Positions 9,840 through 19,902 of a stretch of DNA of 64,000 nt are shown in pieces; position 1 is the first letter of the stretch; each line of letters starts with the position of its first letter. The position numbers and the translations under genes are program-made. Under the pieces are notes generated by a model that was not told the origin of the DNA, searched no databases, and was given only the letters and a program-made list of their open reading frames with translations. This DNA comes from an archaeon (GTDB taxonomy: Archaea > Nanobdellota > Nanobdellia > Pacearchaeales > GW2011-AR1): assembly GCA_043810775.1 (NCBI GenBank), contig JBDRNU010000015.1:96889-160888 (forward strand). Reading direction: 5' to 3'.

Positions 9840-11093
9840 ATGGGAGAAGATATAACTAATATAACCCCTACTTATTACTCTAGAAAAGATATACAAGAAG
9901 CAATTTTCAGCTTTTGTAATGGGAGAGAAGTAGTCCCAAGTTATAAAATGGAAAGTTTTGGAAAGCGTCCAGACACTTTGGAGTATCCTTCTGATATAAT
10001 GCATCACGTCAAAAAAGGAGCAACTTCTTTGCACTGCTCAGAGGAAATCTGGAAAGATCCCTTGCAACTTTCCACATCCCTATCAGAAGACCAGCTTAAT
10101 GATTTAAGGCAGGGTTGGGATTTACTAATAGACATTGATAGTAAATACCTAGATTATAGTAAGATTTCTGCAGAACTAATAATTGAAGCCCTAAACTTTC
10201 ATGGAGTTAAAAATATTGGATTAAAATATTCAGGAAGTAAAGGTTTCCATATCATAGTGCCTTGGAAATCCTTTCCAAAAGAAATTAATTCCCAAAAAAT
10301 GAGCTATAAATTCCCAGAAATTCCAAGAATAATCTCTATTTATCTGTCAAATTTTATAAAGCCCAAACTAGCTGAAAAAGTAGCCCATCTTACAATGGAA
10401 GATAAAAAATCATATGTCCGTGATTTTGATGCGCATAAAAAAGTAATGCCAGATATAATTTTAGTTTCCTCAAGACACTTATTTCGCTGCCCTTATTCAC
10501 TTCATGAAAAAACAAAACTTGCAAGCATAGTTTTGGAAAAAGATGAGCTAGCTGATTTTAATCCAAGAAGCGCAGATCCTCTAAAAGTTAAGGTAAAAGA
10601 ATTTTATCCTAAAGCTCGCGATGAAGAAGCTCGCGAATTGTTAATTCAAGCACTAGACTGGAATCAAGAAAACAAGCAGGAAGAAAGCAAGGAAAAATTA
10701 TCGGAAAAACGAAGAACAAAAACCTTTCAGAAAATTGAAGTAGATAAAAGCTCAGTTATATATCCTCCTTCAATTAAAAAAATATTACTAGGTTTGCAAG
10801 ACGGAAGAAAGCGAGCCTTATTTATTTTAATAAATTACTTTCGTTCTCTTGGTTTTGAGCAAAGCGAAGTTCAGGAAAAAATTGAGTCTTGGAATAAGAA
10901 AAATAAGCCTCCTTTAAAAGAGGGGTATATTAAATCACAGTTTGCTTGGACTTTTCGCCAAAAGCAAATACTACCTCCTAACTATGATAAGGATTTTTAT
11001 AAAGGGATAGGAATTATCCCAGATGATGAGGAAATTAAATTAAAAAATCCTGTGAATTATACTATAAAAAAATCAAAATGGCGCAAGAAATAA
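9840..11093 (+). CDS. Fused archaeal DNA primase PriS-PriL (DPANN type)
   Basis: AEP motifs WDLLIDID, SGSKGFHI, RCPYSLHEKT; C-terminal PriL-like YPPSIKKIL..DGRKRALFILINY. Confidence 0.85.
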   Translation: MGEDITNITPTYYSRKDIQEAIFSFCNGREVVPSYKMESFGKRPDTLEYPSDIMHHVKKGATSLHCSEEIWKDPLQLSTSLSEDQLNDLRQGWDLLIDIDSKYLDYSKISAELIIEALNFHGVKNIGLKYSGSKGFHIIVPWKSFPKEINSQKMSYKFPEIPRIISIYLSNFIKPKLAEKVAHLTMEDKKSYVRDFDAHKKVMPDIILVSSRHLFRCPYSLHEKTKLASIVLEKDELADFNPRSADPLKVKVKEFYPKARDEEARELLIQALDWNQENKQEESKEKLSEKRRTKTFQKIEVDKSSVIYPPSIKKILLGLQDGRKRALFILINYFRSLGFEQSEVQEKIESWNKKNKPPLKEGYIKSQFAWTFRQKQILPPNYDKDFYKGIGIIPDDEEIKLKNPVNYTIKKSKWRKK

Positions 11094-11863
11094 TTAATGT
11101 TACAGATATAACTGAATATCTATTTTGTCCAAGAAAAGTATATTTAAGGCTAGTTAAAAAAGTAAGATTTCCTCCAAATCAGGCAATGATTAAAGGTCAG
11201 CTTAAACATAGAGTTTTTGATACCTTCAATAAAAATGAGCCAGTTATAGTATCCTCAATTGAATCAGTCCTTTCTGAAAGAGAAATAATTAATCTTTATA
11301 AAACTGAACTCTTAAAAATAATTCAGGAAATTCAGGTTGTAAATTCAAATCAGTTTTTAATGTTTAAAATTGACAAGAGAGAATTTTCAGACTCAATTAA
11401 TAAACTAATTGGAAAAGAAATAAACTTGAGGGCAGGCTCAGTTCTTCAAACTCTAAAAAAAGGTTTTCTTGGAAAAGAACTCTGGAGAAACCTAGCTCCT
11501 AAATATTTGTCTGAATTTAAGATAATTTCAGAAAATATAGGTTTAAGGGGAAAAATAGATAGGGTAAAATTTGAATCTAGTATAACTCCTTATGAAATTA
11601 AAACACGTGCAGGAATATATGATTCAGATAAAATACAGCTAGCAGCCTATGCCTTACTGCTCGAAGAGGAATTTAATAAAAAAATTGAAAAAGGATTCAT
11701 TGAACATTTGGAAGGAAGTGAAGAGATTCTACTCACTGAAGAATTAAAAAACAAAGTCTTAGAAATAGCTGATAAAATAAGAAAAATGAAAGACTCTCCT
11801 GAAATGCCTTCTAATTTTAATAAATGTAATTCATGTTTTTTTAAAAATAAGTGTTTTGAGTAA
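11078..11863 (+). CDS. Solo Cas4-family RecB-like nuclease
   Basis: YLFCPRK, GKIDRV..EIK, QLAAYALLLEE, C-terminal CNSCFFKNKC (four-Cys Fe-S pattern); no CRISPR array or cas1 in window. Confidence 0.85.
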   Translation: MAQEIINVTDITEYLFCPRKVYLRLVKKVRFPPNQAMIKGQLKHRVFDTFNKNEPVIVSSIESVLSEREIINLYKTELLKIIQEIQVVNSNQFLMFKIDKREFSDSINKLIGKEINLRAGSVLQTLKKGFLGKELWRNLAPKYLSEFKIISENIGLRGKIDRVKFESSITPYEIKTRAGIYDSDKIQLAAYALLLEEEFNKKIEKGFIEHLEGSEEILLTEELKNKVLEIADKIRKMKDSPEMPSNFNKCNSCFFKNKCFE

Positions 11864-11919
11864 ATTTCCTTAAGTGTTTCTTGCATAAGATATTTAAATA
11901 GAGTTTTTCTTATTTAGAT

Positions 11920-13758
11920 ATGAAAAAAGTAGGTGTATTAATAGTATTATTTATCTTAATTTTATCTATAGTAGTTGTCCTAGCTCAAGATAATACGACT
12001 GCTAATGATGACTCAAATGATGATACATTTGCAACTGCAGGTGATGAGTTAGATTTAGCTTATTCTTGTCTTAAAAATGAAGTTAAAGATAAATGCTCAT
12101 CTCTAAGTGTAGAAGAGCAAGTTTTTTCTTTGCTAGCTTTATCATATGACTCTGGCATACAAAAAGAGTGCAAAGATGACTTAAGAGATAATGAAGATGC
12201 AAATCACTGCTGGCCTAAAGGAAGCTGTAGATTAAGAGACACTTCACTTGCAATTCTAGCTCTTGATAATATAAACTCAGATATAGAAGAATCAAAAGAA
12301 TGGTTGCTTGACCATAAAAAAGTCGCAGATGATTTAACCTGGTTTTTAGAAATTGATACAGGAGAAGAGTCTACCTGTAAAATAAGTTATACTGGTCGTG
12401 ATTATACTCTAACCATTAAATCTGACAAAAAAATCAGTTCAAGTGCAGGAGACTGTTTAGCCCTTTCAATGAATAGTTACTGGCTGAAAATAGATTCTGA
12501 CTGCATAGAAACAAATTTTACAATATCTTGTAACAAAGACTTTATCTCAACACTTCTTTATAAAAAATCAATTTCAGATACTTATTATGTCTCAAGCCAG
12601 ACAGAGACAGCAACAGCTGAAGGAGAAACTGAGCATAGAGTAGAGTCTTACTGTTTTGAGCAGTCTGGAGATTGTAACTATGAAGGTAGTTTATGGGCCA
12701 CTTTTGCTCTATCAAAAACAGGTGAAGATATTTCAGGACTTCTCCCATATCTTATCTCCTTTGCAGAAGGCAATGGAAAATATAATCCTCATGCATTCCT
12801 ATATATCTTAACTGGATACAATGAATATATGACTTCACTAGGTGGGCTTCAAAATAGTGAAGGGTTCTGGAATCTAGATTCACCATATGGGAAGTTTTAT
12901 GATACATCACTCTCTGTTTTATCTATCCCAAATTCAGTTTATTCTACTACTGCAAAGACTTCTCTTCTTGATACACAAGGTACAGATGGCTGCTGGCAAA
13001 ATTCAGTTAGAGATACAGCTTTTATATTATATGCTGGCTGGGGAAAAGAACCAGTTGTTGTAACAGGGGTAGATATAGACTACTGCACTGATTTCGATTA
13101 TTACTGTATAACTGAAGGGGAGTGTACAGATGTAGAAGGAAACAAGTTATCTAATTATTATTGTTCTGGAGTTAGTAAGATTTGTTGTGATGAGCCTGCA
13201 AGCGAAGAATCCTGTTCAGAACAATCTGGAGAAGTATGTACTTCAGATGAGGAATGTAAAGGCTCATATGTCACCTCACTTGATACTTCTTATTGTTGCT
13301 TAGCTGGTTGTCAGGCAAAGCAAGAAAATGCATGTGAAGATGCAGGTAATAATTGTAGAGTGTCTTGTCAGGACAATGAAGATGTTTTAAGTTATACTTG
13401 TGAAGACGCAAATGATTTTTGTTGCGGCTTAAAATCTAGCCCAGAACCAAGTTACTGGTGGATTTGGTTATTAGTAATACTAATTATATTAGTTATAATT
13501 GCAATTATTTTTAGAGATAAATTTAAAATATTCTTATATAGTCTAAAGACTAAGTTCAAAAAAGGAGGAGGAAAAGGCTCAGAGCAAAGACGTCCTCCAT
13601 TCCCACCAGGCCCAAGGCCAATGGGAGGGCCTTTTCAAAGGCCCATGCCTCCTAGAAAAATGCCTTTAAGAGCCCCTATGCAAAGGCCAGTTTCAAAGAA
13701 AATTGAAGACAAAGAACTTGATGAAACTTTAAAGAAACTAAAAGAAATTAGTAAGTAA
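11920..13758 (+). CDS. Membrane-anchored surface protein: prenyltransferase/squalene-cyclase-like repeats, Cys-rich repeats, TM, Pro-rich tail
   Basis: Signal peptide; QNSEGFW and QGTDGCW..SVRDTAF repeats; Cys modules; WWIWLLVILIILVIIAIIF; RPPFPPGPRPMGGP tail. Confidence 0.7.
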   Translation: MKKVGVLIVLFILILSIVVVLAQDNTTANDDSNDDTFATAGDELDLAYSCLKNEVKDKCSSLSVEEQVFSLLALSYDSGIQKECKDDLRDNEDANHCWPKGSCRLRDTSLAILALDNINSDIEESKEWLLDHKKVADDLTWFLEIDTGEESTCKISYTGRDYTLTIKSDKKISSSAGDCLALSMNSYWLKIDSDCIETNFTISCNKDFISTLLYKKSISDTYYVSSQTETATAEGETEHRVESYCFEQSGDCNYEGSLWATFALSKTGEDISGLLPYLISFAEGNGKYNPHAFLYILTGYNEYMTSLGGLQNSEGFWNLDSPYGKFYDTSLSVLSIPNSVYSTTAKTSLLDTQGTDGCWQNSVRDTAFILYAGWGKEPVVVTGVDIDYCTDFDYYCITEGECTDVEGNKLSNYYCSGVSKICCDEPASEESCSEQSGEVCTSDEECKGSYVTSLDTSYCCLAGCQAKQENACEDAGNNCRVSCQDNEDVLSYTCEDANDFCCGLKSSPEPSYWWIWLLVILIILVIIAIIFRDKFKIFLYSLKTKFKKGGGKGSEQRRPPFPPGPRPMGGPFQRPMPPRKMPLRAPMQRPVSKKIEDKELDETLKKLKEISK

Positions 13759-13832
13759 ACTTTATTAATGCTTATTCTCTTAATATTAAAGAATTAAAAT
13801 ATTAAATTTAAAGAGACTATATATTTTAGTAT

Positions 13833-15116
13833 ATGGTTTCAATTTATGAAATGAAAAAATGGGTGATAATCCTGCTATTGCTTTTACCTTTAGTATCAGC
13901 TATAAGCACAGATATCAAAGAAGTTTACGAGCCTGGCGAAACTTTAATTACTATAATTGAGGGGAATTTTATAGATCCTATAACTATATCAGATATCTCG
14001 TTTATTTCTGCAAGAAAGTCAGTTCCAATGATTTATGATTTAGGAAAGTTTAGGGATAAATATTATTTATATTCCCTTCTCCCTTATGAAGAAAAGAATT
14101 ATACTCTTGTTATAAGAGATGCTCATTATTTTGAGTTGGGTGAAAGGCAGGAAGATATAAATATAAATTTCTCAGTTAAAGGAAACTTGACTAAATTTCA
14201 AGTTAGCCCCGGATTTATAATAACAGATAAGAGCTTTAAAATATCTATTGAATCAATATCAGAATCAGTGCAAGCAACTGTTGATTTTGAAGATAGTTCA
14301 AAATCAGTTTCTGTTCCTTTGGGGCAAAAAAAGGAAGTTGAATTGTCAGTAGAAGGCTTAGAAAATGAGACAGAAACTTTTGTCAAAGTATCTGCAAATG
14401 GTCAAAGCTACGAAGTTCCAGTAATAATTTTTGCTCAAGGTGGAATTAATAATCAGAATTATGAAAAGTTTATTTTTTCTACAGGAGAAATCTCTATGTC
14501 TATTTTAATTAACCAGCAAAATGAAACAAATTTATCTTTGATTAACATTGGAGATTTGCCAATTAGTAATATATCTCTTATCGCTGATAAGGAGCTAGAA
14601 AATGTGCTGACAATTCAACCAGAGCAAATATCTTATCTTGATGTAGATGAAGAAAAAGAAATAAAATTAATATTCTCTTCACTTGAAGAAGGATACTATA
14701 TTGGAAATCTTCAAGCTATAGCTGGAAATTTAACAACTTCCTTATCACTAAATATTTATTTTACAAAAAACGAATCCACTATTCTTCCTCCACCCCCTCC
14801 TCCAAACAATAATTCAGATGGTTGTTATGATCTTGGAGGATATATCTGTGCTGAAAACCAAGAGTGTGATGGAAGTTTACTTTTATCTTCAGATGGGGAA
14901 TGCTGTATAGGAATCTGCAAAGACAAAAAAAGCTATACTAGCACTATAGTTGCTATAATTTTAATTTTAGTTGTTGTAGGAATAATTGGATTTTCAGTTT
15001 ATAAATCAAAAAAAGGAAAGCCTAAATCATCAAGACAGCTTATTGAGAAAAGCCAAAGTGAGTTTGAAGATAGATTTAAGCCCACTGAGGCAAAAGGGTC
15101 GCTATCAAGAATCTAA
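13833..15116 (+). CDS. Membrane-anchored surface protein with Ig/CARDB-like region, poly-Pro linker and Cys module
   Basis: Signal peptide (start may be Met7); NIGDLPISNISL; PPPPPP; CYDLGGYICAENQECDG..CCIGIC; C-terminal TM. Confidence 0.7.
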   Translation: MVSIYEMKKWVIILLLLLPLVSAISTDIKEVYEPGETLITIIEGNFIDPITISDISFISARKSVPMIYDLGKFRDKYYLYSLLPYEEKNYTLVIRDAHYFELGERQEDININFSVKGNLTKFQVSPGFIITDKSFKISIESISESVQATVDFEDSSKSVSVPLGQKKEVELSVEGLENETETFVKVSANGQSYEVPVIIFAQGGINNQNYEKFIFSTGEISMSILINQQNETNLSLINIGDLPISNISLIADKELENVLTIQPEQISYLDVDEEKEIKLIFSSLEEGYYIGNLQAIAGNLTTSLSLNIYFTKNESTILPPPPPPNNNSDGCYDLGGYICAENQECDGSLLLSSDGECCIGICKDKKSYTSTIVAIILILVVVGIIGFSVYKSKKGKPKSSRQLIEKSQSEFEDRFKPTEAKGSLSRI

Positions 15117-15583
15117 TTTTTTTTCTTAGATTTTGCCTTGCTTTTCTTCTTAGTATTCTTTTCTTTTTCTGCAAGAACACCAGATTCAGCCAATTTATTT
15201 TTAATTATATTATTCTCTATTGTAAGTCTTTTAGCTATCTCATCATACTGATGCAATCTTCTAGCCAATTCATTGAATAAGGTGCTAAAATCATGATTCT
15301 TCATTTTTATCTCTTCAGGAGTTATAATTTCTAGATGAGAGGGCATATAAACAAAAGAGATTACTAAGACAGCATTAAAATCATCTGCTTCAATTTCTAA
15401 ATCTGCAAAGCATGAGAAAATATTCTTTTCATCTATTTCTTTTGGCTCACTGATTTTCCTTTCAATTATCTTAATTCCTTTTTCATTTTCAAGCCTATCA
15501 ACTAGCTTAATCAGGGTTTCTTTTAAGTAATCTTTTGGCCTCCCCAGCATTTCTAGTATAATAGCTGCTCTTATTTTAGTCAT
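15113..15583 (-). CDS. Hypothetical protein
   Basis: 156 aa ORF coupled (ATGA overlap) to the upstream gene; LEMLGRPK and YMPSHLEI motifs; basic tail. Confidence 0.6.
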   Translation of the reverse strand: MTKIRAAIILEMLGRPKDYLKETLIKLVDRLENEKGIKIIERKISEPKEIDEKNIFSCFADLEIEADDFNAVLVISFVYMPSHLEIITPEEIKMKNHDFSTLFNELARRLHQYDEIAKRLTIENNIIKNKLAESGVLAEKEKNTKKKSKAKSKKKN

Positions 15584-16605
15584 CTTTTCTTAATTAAAAG
15601 GAATATAATAAAGAGAACACAAAAAAGTGCAAATCCATATATAGAGTATTCTTTTATATTCCAATTTCTCGATTTATAATAATAATCAGTTTTTATATCT
15701 TTCGTAGTATTAGCAGAATTCAGATGAATAACCTCTTCTTCAAACTCTTCTTCTTGTTCATCTTGACTTGTTAAGACAGTTTTATTTTCACTTGTTTTTC
15801 TTGCTTTAATCTTAATTTCTGTGCTATTTTCCCATGTTTTTCCATCTCTTAACTTAACTACTAATTTAACATCACCTTCAAAATCTTGGTGGTCTTCATC
15901 TAGCCTTAAAATAAAATCTTTTAATTTATCTTCATTGCCTTTAATTGTATTTTCCAAATAATAATATGAAGACTTCCAATTGTCACTACTTTCATCATAA
16001 ATTTCAGAAATTGTATCTTCTTCATCATCTAAATATATTTTTATGTCATAATCTTTGTCTTGAAGATTGTAAAATTTTACTTCCAAGTCAATTTCCTCAT
16101 CTTGGTAAAATTTATCATCTATTATAATTTCAAGATAAATTTCTTCAGTTAAGTTGCCATCTTCTTGTGTTTCATTGTTTTGTTGTTGATTGCATAAATT
16201 CTCAGTGCCTCTAGTTGAAATATCCAGCATCCAATTTCCATTGCAGTACTGCCAGCTTCTATTATCATTATAACTATCACTTATTACATTAGTCTGGGAT
16301 ACTAGTTCTGTTCCATTATAAAGAAAAAGCTGTTCATTATTATTGTTTAAAGAAATACTTGGTTCAATTACAAGATAACCAGAAAAACTGCCTTCAAGTT
16401 CCATAGTATTATTGTCCTTATCTACTAGTTTCCAGCCTTGCAAATCAATATTAGCTTCAGAATATAATTCAACCCATTCTGTGCAGTCATTACAGTTATC
16501 ATTGGGATTTAAATCAACTTCATTTATCCTAATTGCAGAAATAAAAGGCAAAATTAAAATTAGTACTATTCCCAGACACCAGGTATTTTTTCCCCGCAAG
16601 GGCAT
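15580..16605 (-). CDS. Lamin-tail-domain surface protein with C-terminal TM
   Basis: IRINEVDLNP..EWVELY..DLQGWKL..LNNNNE..STRGTEN; start codon uncertain. Confidence 0.7.
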   Translation of the reverse strand: MPLRGKNTWCLGIVLILILPFISAIRINEVDLNPNDNCNDCTEWVELYSEANIDLQGWKLVDKDNNTMELEGSFSGYLVIEPSISLNNNNEQLFLYNGTELVSQTNVISDSYNDNRSWQYCNGNWMLDISTRGTENLCNQQQNNETQEDGNLTEEIYLEIIIDDKFYQDEEIDLEVKFYNLQDKDYDIKIYLDDEEDTISEIYDESSDNWKSSYYYLENTIKGNEDKLKDFILRLDEDHQDFEGDVKLVVKLRDGKTWENSTEIKIKARKTSENKTVLTSQDEQEEEFEEEVIHLNSANTTKDIKTDYYYKSRNWNIKEYSIYGFALFCVLFIIFLLIKKR

Positions 16606-17564
16606 TTTCCATTTATAATCTTATTTTCTATTATTGTGAAACTATCTCTTTTAATTACTGCTTTTCTGCATTTTGGGCAGAAAGTTGTCGAGCCTTCTTC
16701 ATCTCTTAAATTCCCAGTATATACATAGTGTAATCCTGCTTTTAGTGCAAGTTTTCTTGCTTTTATTAATATTTGTATGCTGGTAGGCAATTTATCAAGT
16801 ATTTTATATACAGGATAAAAAGCTGAAAAATGCAAAGGCACATTTTCTCCAAGATTCTTCTTTATCCACAAAATAAGTTTTTTAATCTCTTCTTCAGTAT
16901 CATTTTCTCCTGGAATTAGCAAGCAAGTTAGCTCAATCCAGACTCCTGCTTTATGCATTGTTTTTATTGCTTCTAGTATAGGATTTAGTCTGGCGCCGCA
17001 AATTTTTTTGTAAAAATCATCTGATATTGACTTCAAATCAATATTGCTTCCATCTAAATAATTACATAATTTTTTCAGTGGTTCCTGATTTATGAAGCCA
17101 TTAGTTATTGTAGTATTTTTCATCTTGTTTTTTCTTGCTAATCTTGCTATATCAAGCATGTATTCATAAAATATAGTTGGTTCAGTGTAAGTGTAAGAAA
17201 TTATCTTTGAATTTTCTTTTATTGCTGTTTTTATCACAGCTTCTGGTTTTATTTCTTTTCCAGTAATCTCCTCACTTTGTGAAATTTCATAATTCTGGCA
17301 GTGGCTACAAGATAAATTGCAGCCAACTGTAGCTATACTTAAAGTTTTCTTGCCTGGAAGAAAATGATATAGTGGCTTTTTTTCAATAGGGTCTATAGAA
17401 ATGCTGCAAGGTTTATTATAAGTAAGAGAAAATAGTTTCCCTTTAATATTTTGCCTTACTTTGCACTTACCTTTTTCCATATCTTTTAACGTGCAGAAAT
17501 GAGGGCACAACTGGCACTGAACTATATTTTCTTTTGCTTGCTTCCAGTATAAAGCGAGTTTCAT
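16566..17564 (-). CDS. amrS: AmmeMemoRadiSam-type radical SAM enzyme
   Basis: CQLCPHFC..CKVR, DPIEKKPLYHF, GCNLSCSHCQN, YTYTEPT, YVYTGN, TFCPKC. Confidence 0.9.
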   Translation of the reverse strand: MKLALYWKQAKENIVQCQLCPHFCTLKDMEKGKCKVRQNIKGKLFSLTYNKPCSISIDPIEKKPLYHFLPGKKTLSIATVGCNLSCSHCQNYEISQSEEITGKEIKPEAVIKTAIKENSKIISYTYTEPTIFYEYMLDIARLARKNKMKNTTITNGFINQEPLKKLCNYLDGSNIDLKSISDDFYKKICGARLNPILEAIKTMHKAGVWIELTCLLIPGENDTEEEIKKLILWIKKNLGENVPLHFSAFYPVYKILDKLPTSIQILIKARKLALKAGLHYVYTGNLRDEEGSTTFCPKCRKAVIKRDSFTIIENKIINGKCPCGEKIPGVWE

Positions 17565-17611
17565 ATTATAGTTAGGATTAAGGTAAATTTAAATATTCTC
17601 ATAATGTAAAA

Positions 17612-18343
17612 TTATTTCATACAAATTTCTTTTGTATATTCTTTGCAGTGAGAGGCTGCATTTGAGACTGTAGCCCTATATTTTTTCTCCAGATTTTTTA
17701 CACCCTCTTCTAAACTTTCTATGCAATTACCTCTTGTTAAATTACAGCTAGTGCATACTCCCTGGGACATATATCTAGCCCAATTTTCATAATCAAATCC
17801 AGGTCCATTTAAGCTTAATCCCACTATTGTGCTTGCAAAATCCAAAGCATCTTTAGAATAAATATGAGTTTTACTAGCACCTCTTCTTATTTTTAGCGCA
17901 ATATTTAATTCATGTGGGATAGTATTTACTACTCCTTGGCTTGTTTTTACTTCAAGCCCTTCAGCAAAAACCTCTTTTGAAATATCATAACCTTTAACTC
18001 CATCATGAAATAATGCTATAGTAATTCCATCTTTTACACTATAATAAGAACCCTCTCCAATATTAGGTATAATTAATGAAGCTGGTTTGATTTCATAAAT
18101 TTTACTTAATTTTTGTAATCCTTGGTTATTAACTACAAAATCTAGATCATCACTTCTTTGCCTCAGCCTTTTATAACCTATTACTTCTGGTAAAACCATT
18201 CCTCCTCCAATCATTAGTATATTTCCACTAGAAAGGTTGCAAATACTACTTGCTAATCTTAAAAGCTCGCTTGCACTAAATTTATTTAAAGAAATATCTC
18301 TAGTTTTTGAGCTTCTACTACTTAGAAATGTTTGCTGGATCAT
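17612..18343 (-). CDS. Pol-beta superfamily nucleotidyltransferase (AbiEii-like), Cys-rich C-terminus
   Basis: IGGGMV..RSDDLDFVV, LKIRR, KDALD; CTSC..C. Confidence 0.55.
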   Translation of the reverse strand: MIQQTFLSSRSSKTRDISLNKFSASELLRLASSICNLSSGNILMIGGGMVLPEVIGYKRLRQRSDDLDFVVNNQGLQKLSKIYEIKPASLIIPNIGEGSYYSVKDGITIALFHDGVKGYDISKEVFAEGLEVKTSQGVVNTIPHELNIALKIRRGASKTHIYSKDALDFASTIVGLSLNGPGFDYENWARYMSQGVCTSCNLTRGNCIESLEEGVKNLEKKYRATVSNAASHCKEYTKEICMK

Positions 18344-18420
18344 TTTTTCTAATAATTTGGAGAATTTATAAATCTAACTATACTAAAAAGATATATAAAT
18401 CATTTTTTCTTAGTTAGTTT

Positions 18421-19902
18421 ATGGGAAGAATAGAAGAAATTCAAAAAGAGAGACAAAAGAAAGTCAATGAATTACGCGAGCTGAAAATTGAGCCTTATCC
18501 TAGAAGATATGATAAGGAAAATCAAGCTTTAGAGTTACAAGAGAAATTTAAAAATTTAAAAGCCGGCACAAAAACTAAAAATCATGCAAATATTGCAGGT
18601 AGAGTTCTAGTAGTTAGAGATTTAGGAAAGTTAATTTTTGCAACACTTCAAGATGATTCAGGTAAAATACAGATAATTTTGCAAGAAGGAGAAACTTCTA
18701 ATAAAGAAATTAAATTATTTAAGAAATTTGTTGACTCAGGTGATTTTATCGGTGTTAAAGGCAAAATAATTAAGACTAAAAGAGGAGAGCTAAGTATACT
18801 TGCAGAAAAAGTTCAATTACTATCTAAATCTATACTCCCTCTACCTGAAAAGTGGCACGGGCTCAAGGATGATGAAGAAAGATATAGGAAAAGATACCTA
18901 GAAATGATTGCACATCCAGAAGTTAAAGAAATGTTTATCAAAAAAGCTAAATTCTGGCACTCAATCAGAAATTTTTTGCTAGAAAAAGGATTTGTTGAAG
19001 TTGAAACACCAGTATTTGAAAATAAAACAGGAGGAGCAGACGCCGCACCTTTCGTCACACATCATAATGCTCTGGATATTGATGTATACTTGAGGATTTC
19101 TATGGGTGAACTCTGGCAAAAAAGATTAATGGTAGCAGGATATGAAAAGACATTTGAAATAGGAAGGCAATTTAGAAATGAAGGAATAAGCCATGAACAT
19201 CTTCAAGATTACTCTCAAATGGAATTTTATTGGGCTTATGCAGATTATAATAAAGCAATGGGGATAGTTGAAGAAATGTATAAGAAATTTACAAAAGATG
19301 TTCTTGGAAGCTACAAGTTTAAGGCAAGAGGGCATTCTATTGATATGAATAAAAAATGGAAGCGTGTAAAATATGTAGATGAAATTAAAAGACAGACTGG
19401 CATTGATATCTTTAAGGCAGATGAAAGCAAATTAAGAGCTGAACTTAAAAAAAGAAAAGTACAAATAGAAGAATTTCAAGAAAGGGCAAGGCTAATTGAT
19501 TATCTTTGGAAAGAATGCAGAAAAAATATAACTGGGCCTTGTTTCATAATTAACCCTCCAGTTGAAATATGTCCTCTTGCCAAGAAAAATGAAAAAGACC
19601 CAAGAGTTGCTGATAGATTTTGGGTTTTAATAGCAGGTAGCGAGCTTGGAAATGGATATTCAGAGCTTAATGATCCAATTGACCAGGAGCAGAGATTTAT
19701 CAAGCAGCAAGATATGCGTGATAAGGGCGATCAAGAAGCTCAGATGCATGATAAAGAATTTGTAGAAGCTCTGAAATACGGGATGCCTCCCACTGCTGGT
19801 TTTGGGCTGTCAGAAAGAGTATTTGCTTTCTTAATGGATAAGCCTGCGAGAGAAATTCAGATGTTTCCTTTATTGAAGCCTGATGAAGTTAAGAAATCAT
19901 AA
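18421..19902 (+). CDS. lysS: Lysyl-tRNA synthetase, class II
   Basis: OB domain; RYRKRYL, GGADAAPFVTHHNAL, YLRIS, RQFRNEG, ELGNGYSELNDP, YGMPPTAGFG. Confidence 0.95.
   Translation: MGRIEEIQKERQKKVNELRELKIEPYPRRYDKENQALELQEKFKNLKAGTKTKNHANIAGRVLVVRDLGKLIFATLQDDSGKIQIILQEGETSNKEIKLFKKFVDSGDFIGVKGKIIKTKRGELSILAEKVQLLSKSILPLPEKWHGLKDDEERYRKRYLEMIAHPEVKEMFIKKAKFWHSIRNFLLEKGFVEVETPVFENKTGGADAAPFVTHHNALDIDVYLRISMGELWQKRLMVAGYEKTFEIGRQFRNEGISHEHLQDYSQMEFYWAYADYNKAMGIVEEMYKKFTKDVLGSYKFKARGHSIDMNKKWKRVKYVDEIKRQTGIDIFKADESKLRAELKKRKVQIEEFQERARLIDYLWKECRKNITGPCFIINPPVEICPLAKKNEKDPRVADRFWVLIAGSELGNGYSELNDPIDQEQRFIKQQDMRDKGDQEAQMHDKEFVEALKYGMPPTAGFGLSERVFAFLMDKPAREIQMFPLLKPDEVKKS

Noticed and set aside
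11078..11863. Cas4 as evidence of a CRISPR-Cas locus
   Set aside because: No repeat-spacer array or other cas genes seen in the window
18421..19902. Class II LysRS as a novelty in an archaeon
   Set aside because: Class II LysRS is already known in several archaeal lineages
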